Source: Octopus bimaculoides
Taxonomy: Eukaryota
DNA length: 64,000 nt
Direction of reading: 5' to 3'
Assembly (NCBI RefSeq): GCF_001194135.2
Contig: NC_068981.1
Span: 145,771,617-145,835,616 of the forward strand
Under the pieces are notes generated by a model. That model had not been told where the DNA came from. It ran no database searches and worked only from the letters and a program-made list of their open reading frames with translations. Positions 63,777 through 64,000 of the stretch are shown in pieces (positions within the stretch are counted from its first letter, which is position 1; every line of letters starts with the position of its first letter). Both the position numbers and the translations under genes were made by a program.

Positions 63777-64000
63777 CTGCAATAGTAAACATTATTTGTT
63801 TATTTAATACATAACATTCATTTAGTATATAATACAGGCGCAGGTAAGAAGCTTTCTTCCCAACCACATGGTTCCGGGTTCAGTCCCATTGCGTGGTACC
63901 TTGGGCAAGTGTCTTCTACTATAGCCTCAGGCTGACCAAAATCTTGTGAGTGGGTTTGGAAGACGGAAACTGAAAGAAGTCCGTCATATGTATATATATA

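Overview
AT-rich, repeat-dense animal DNA with nine N-gaps. It is most likely a coleoid cephalopod such as Octopus, inferred from the SINE/MITE families and microsatellites rather than proven. Three protein genes were reconstructed by hand with phase-consistent GT-AG junctions. (1) UBXN6/UBXD1 on + has only two coding exons (10606-10822, 14441-15543; 439 aa). (2) A complete 9-exon SLC38A7-like amino-acid transporter lies on - (42033 to 24035; 460 aa). (3) The last three exons of a strongly diverged tandem SLC38A7-like paralog lie on - (63776 to 52540); its 5' part is beyond the window. The rest is mostly decayed mobile DNA: CR1/Jockey, RTE and R4/Dong LINEs, a Penelope element, mariner, hAT and Gypsy fragments, piggyBac-like and Tigger-like MITEs, and several tRNA-derived SINE families. 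The leading observation is a tRNA-headed SINE whose tail carries a Penelope-type minimal hammerhead ribozyme; two decayed copies jointly rebuild a complete fold. Other notable items are a 249-bp inverted-repeat element enclosing outward-facing telomeric repeats, an orphan stop-containing exon 93 nt before the UBXN6 ATG (possible uORF or bicistronic mRNA), paired MiT/TFE M-boxes upstream of SLC38A7, and an orientation-flipping GC-rich satellite around a Gypsy protease fragment. Family assignments come from motif recall; no database search was run.
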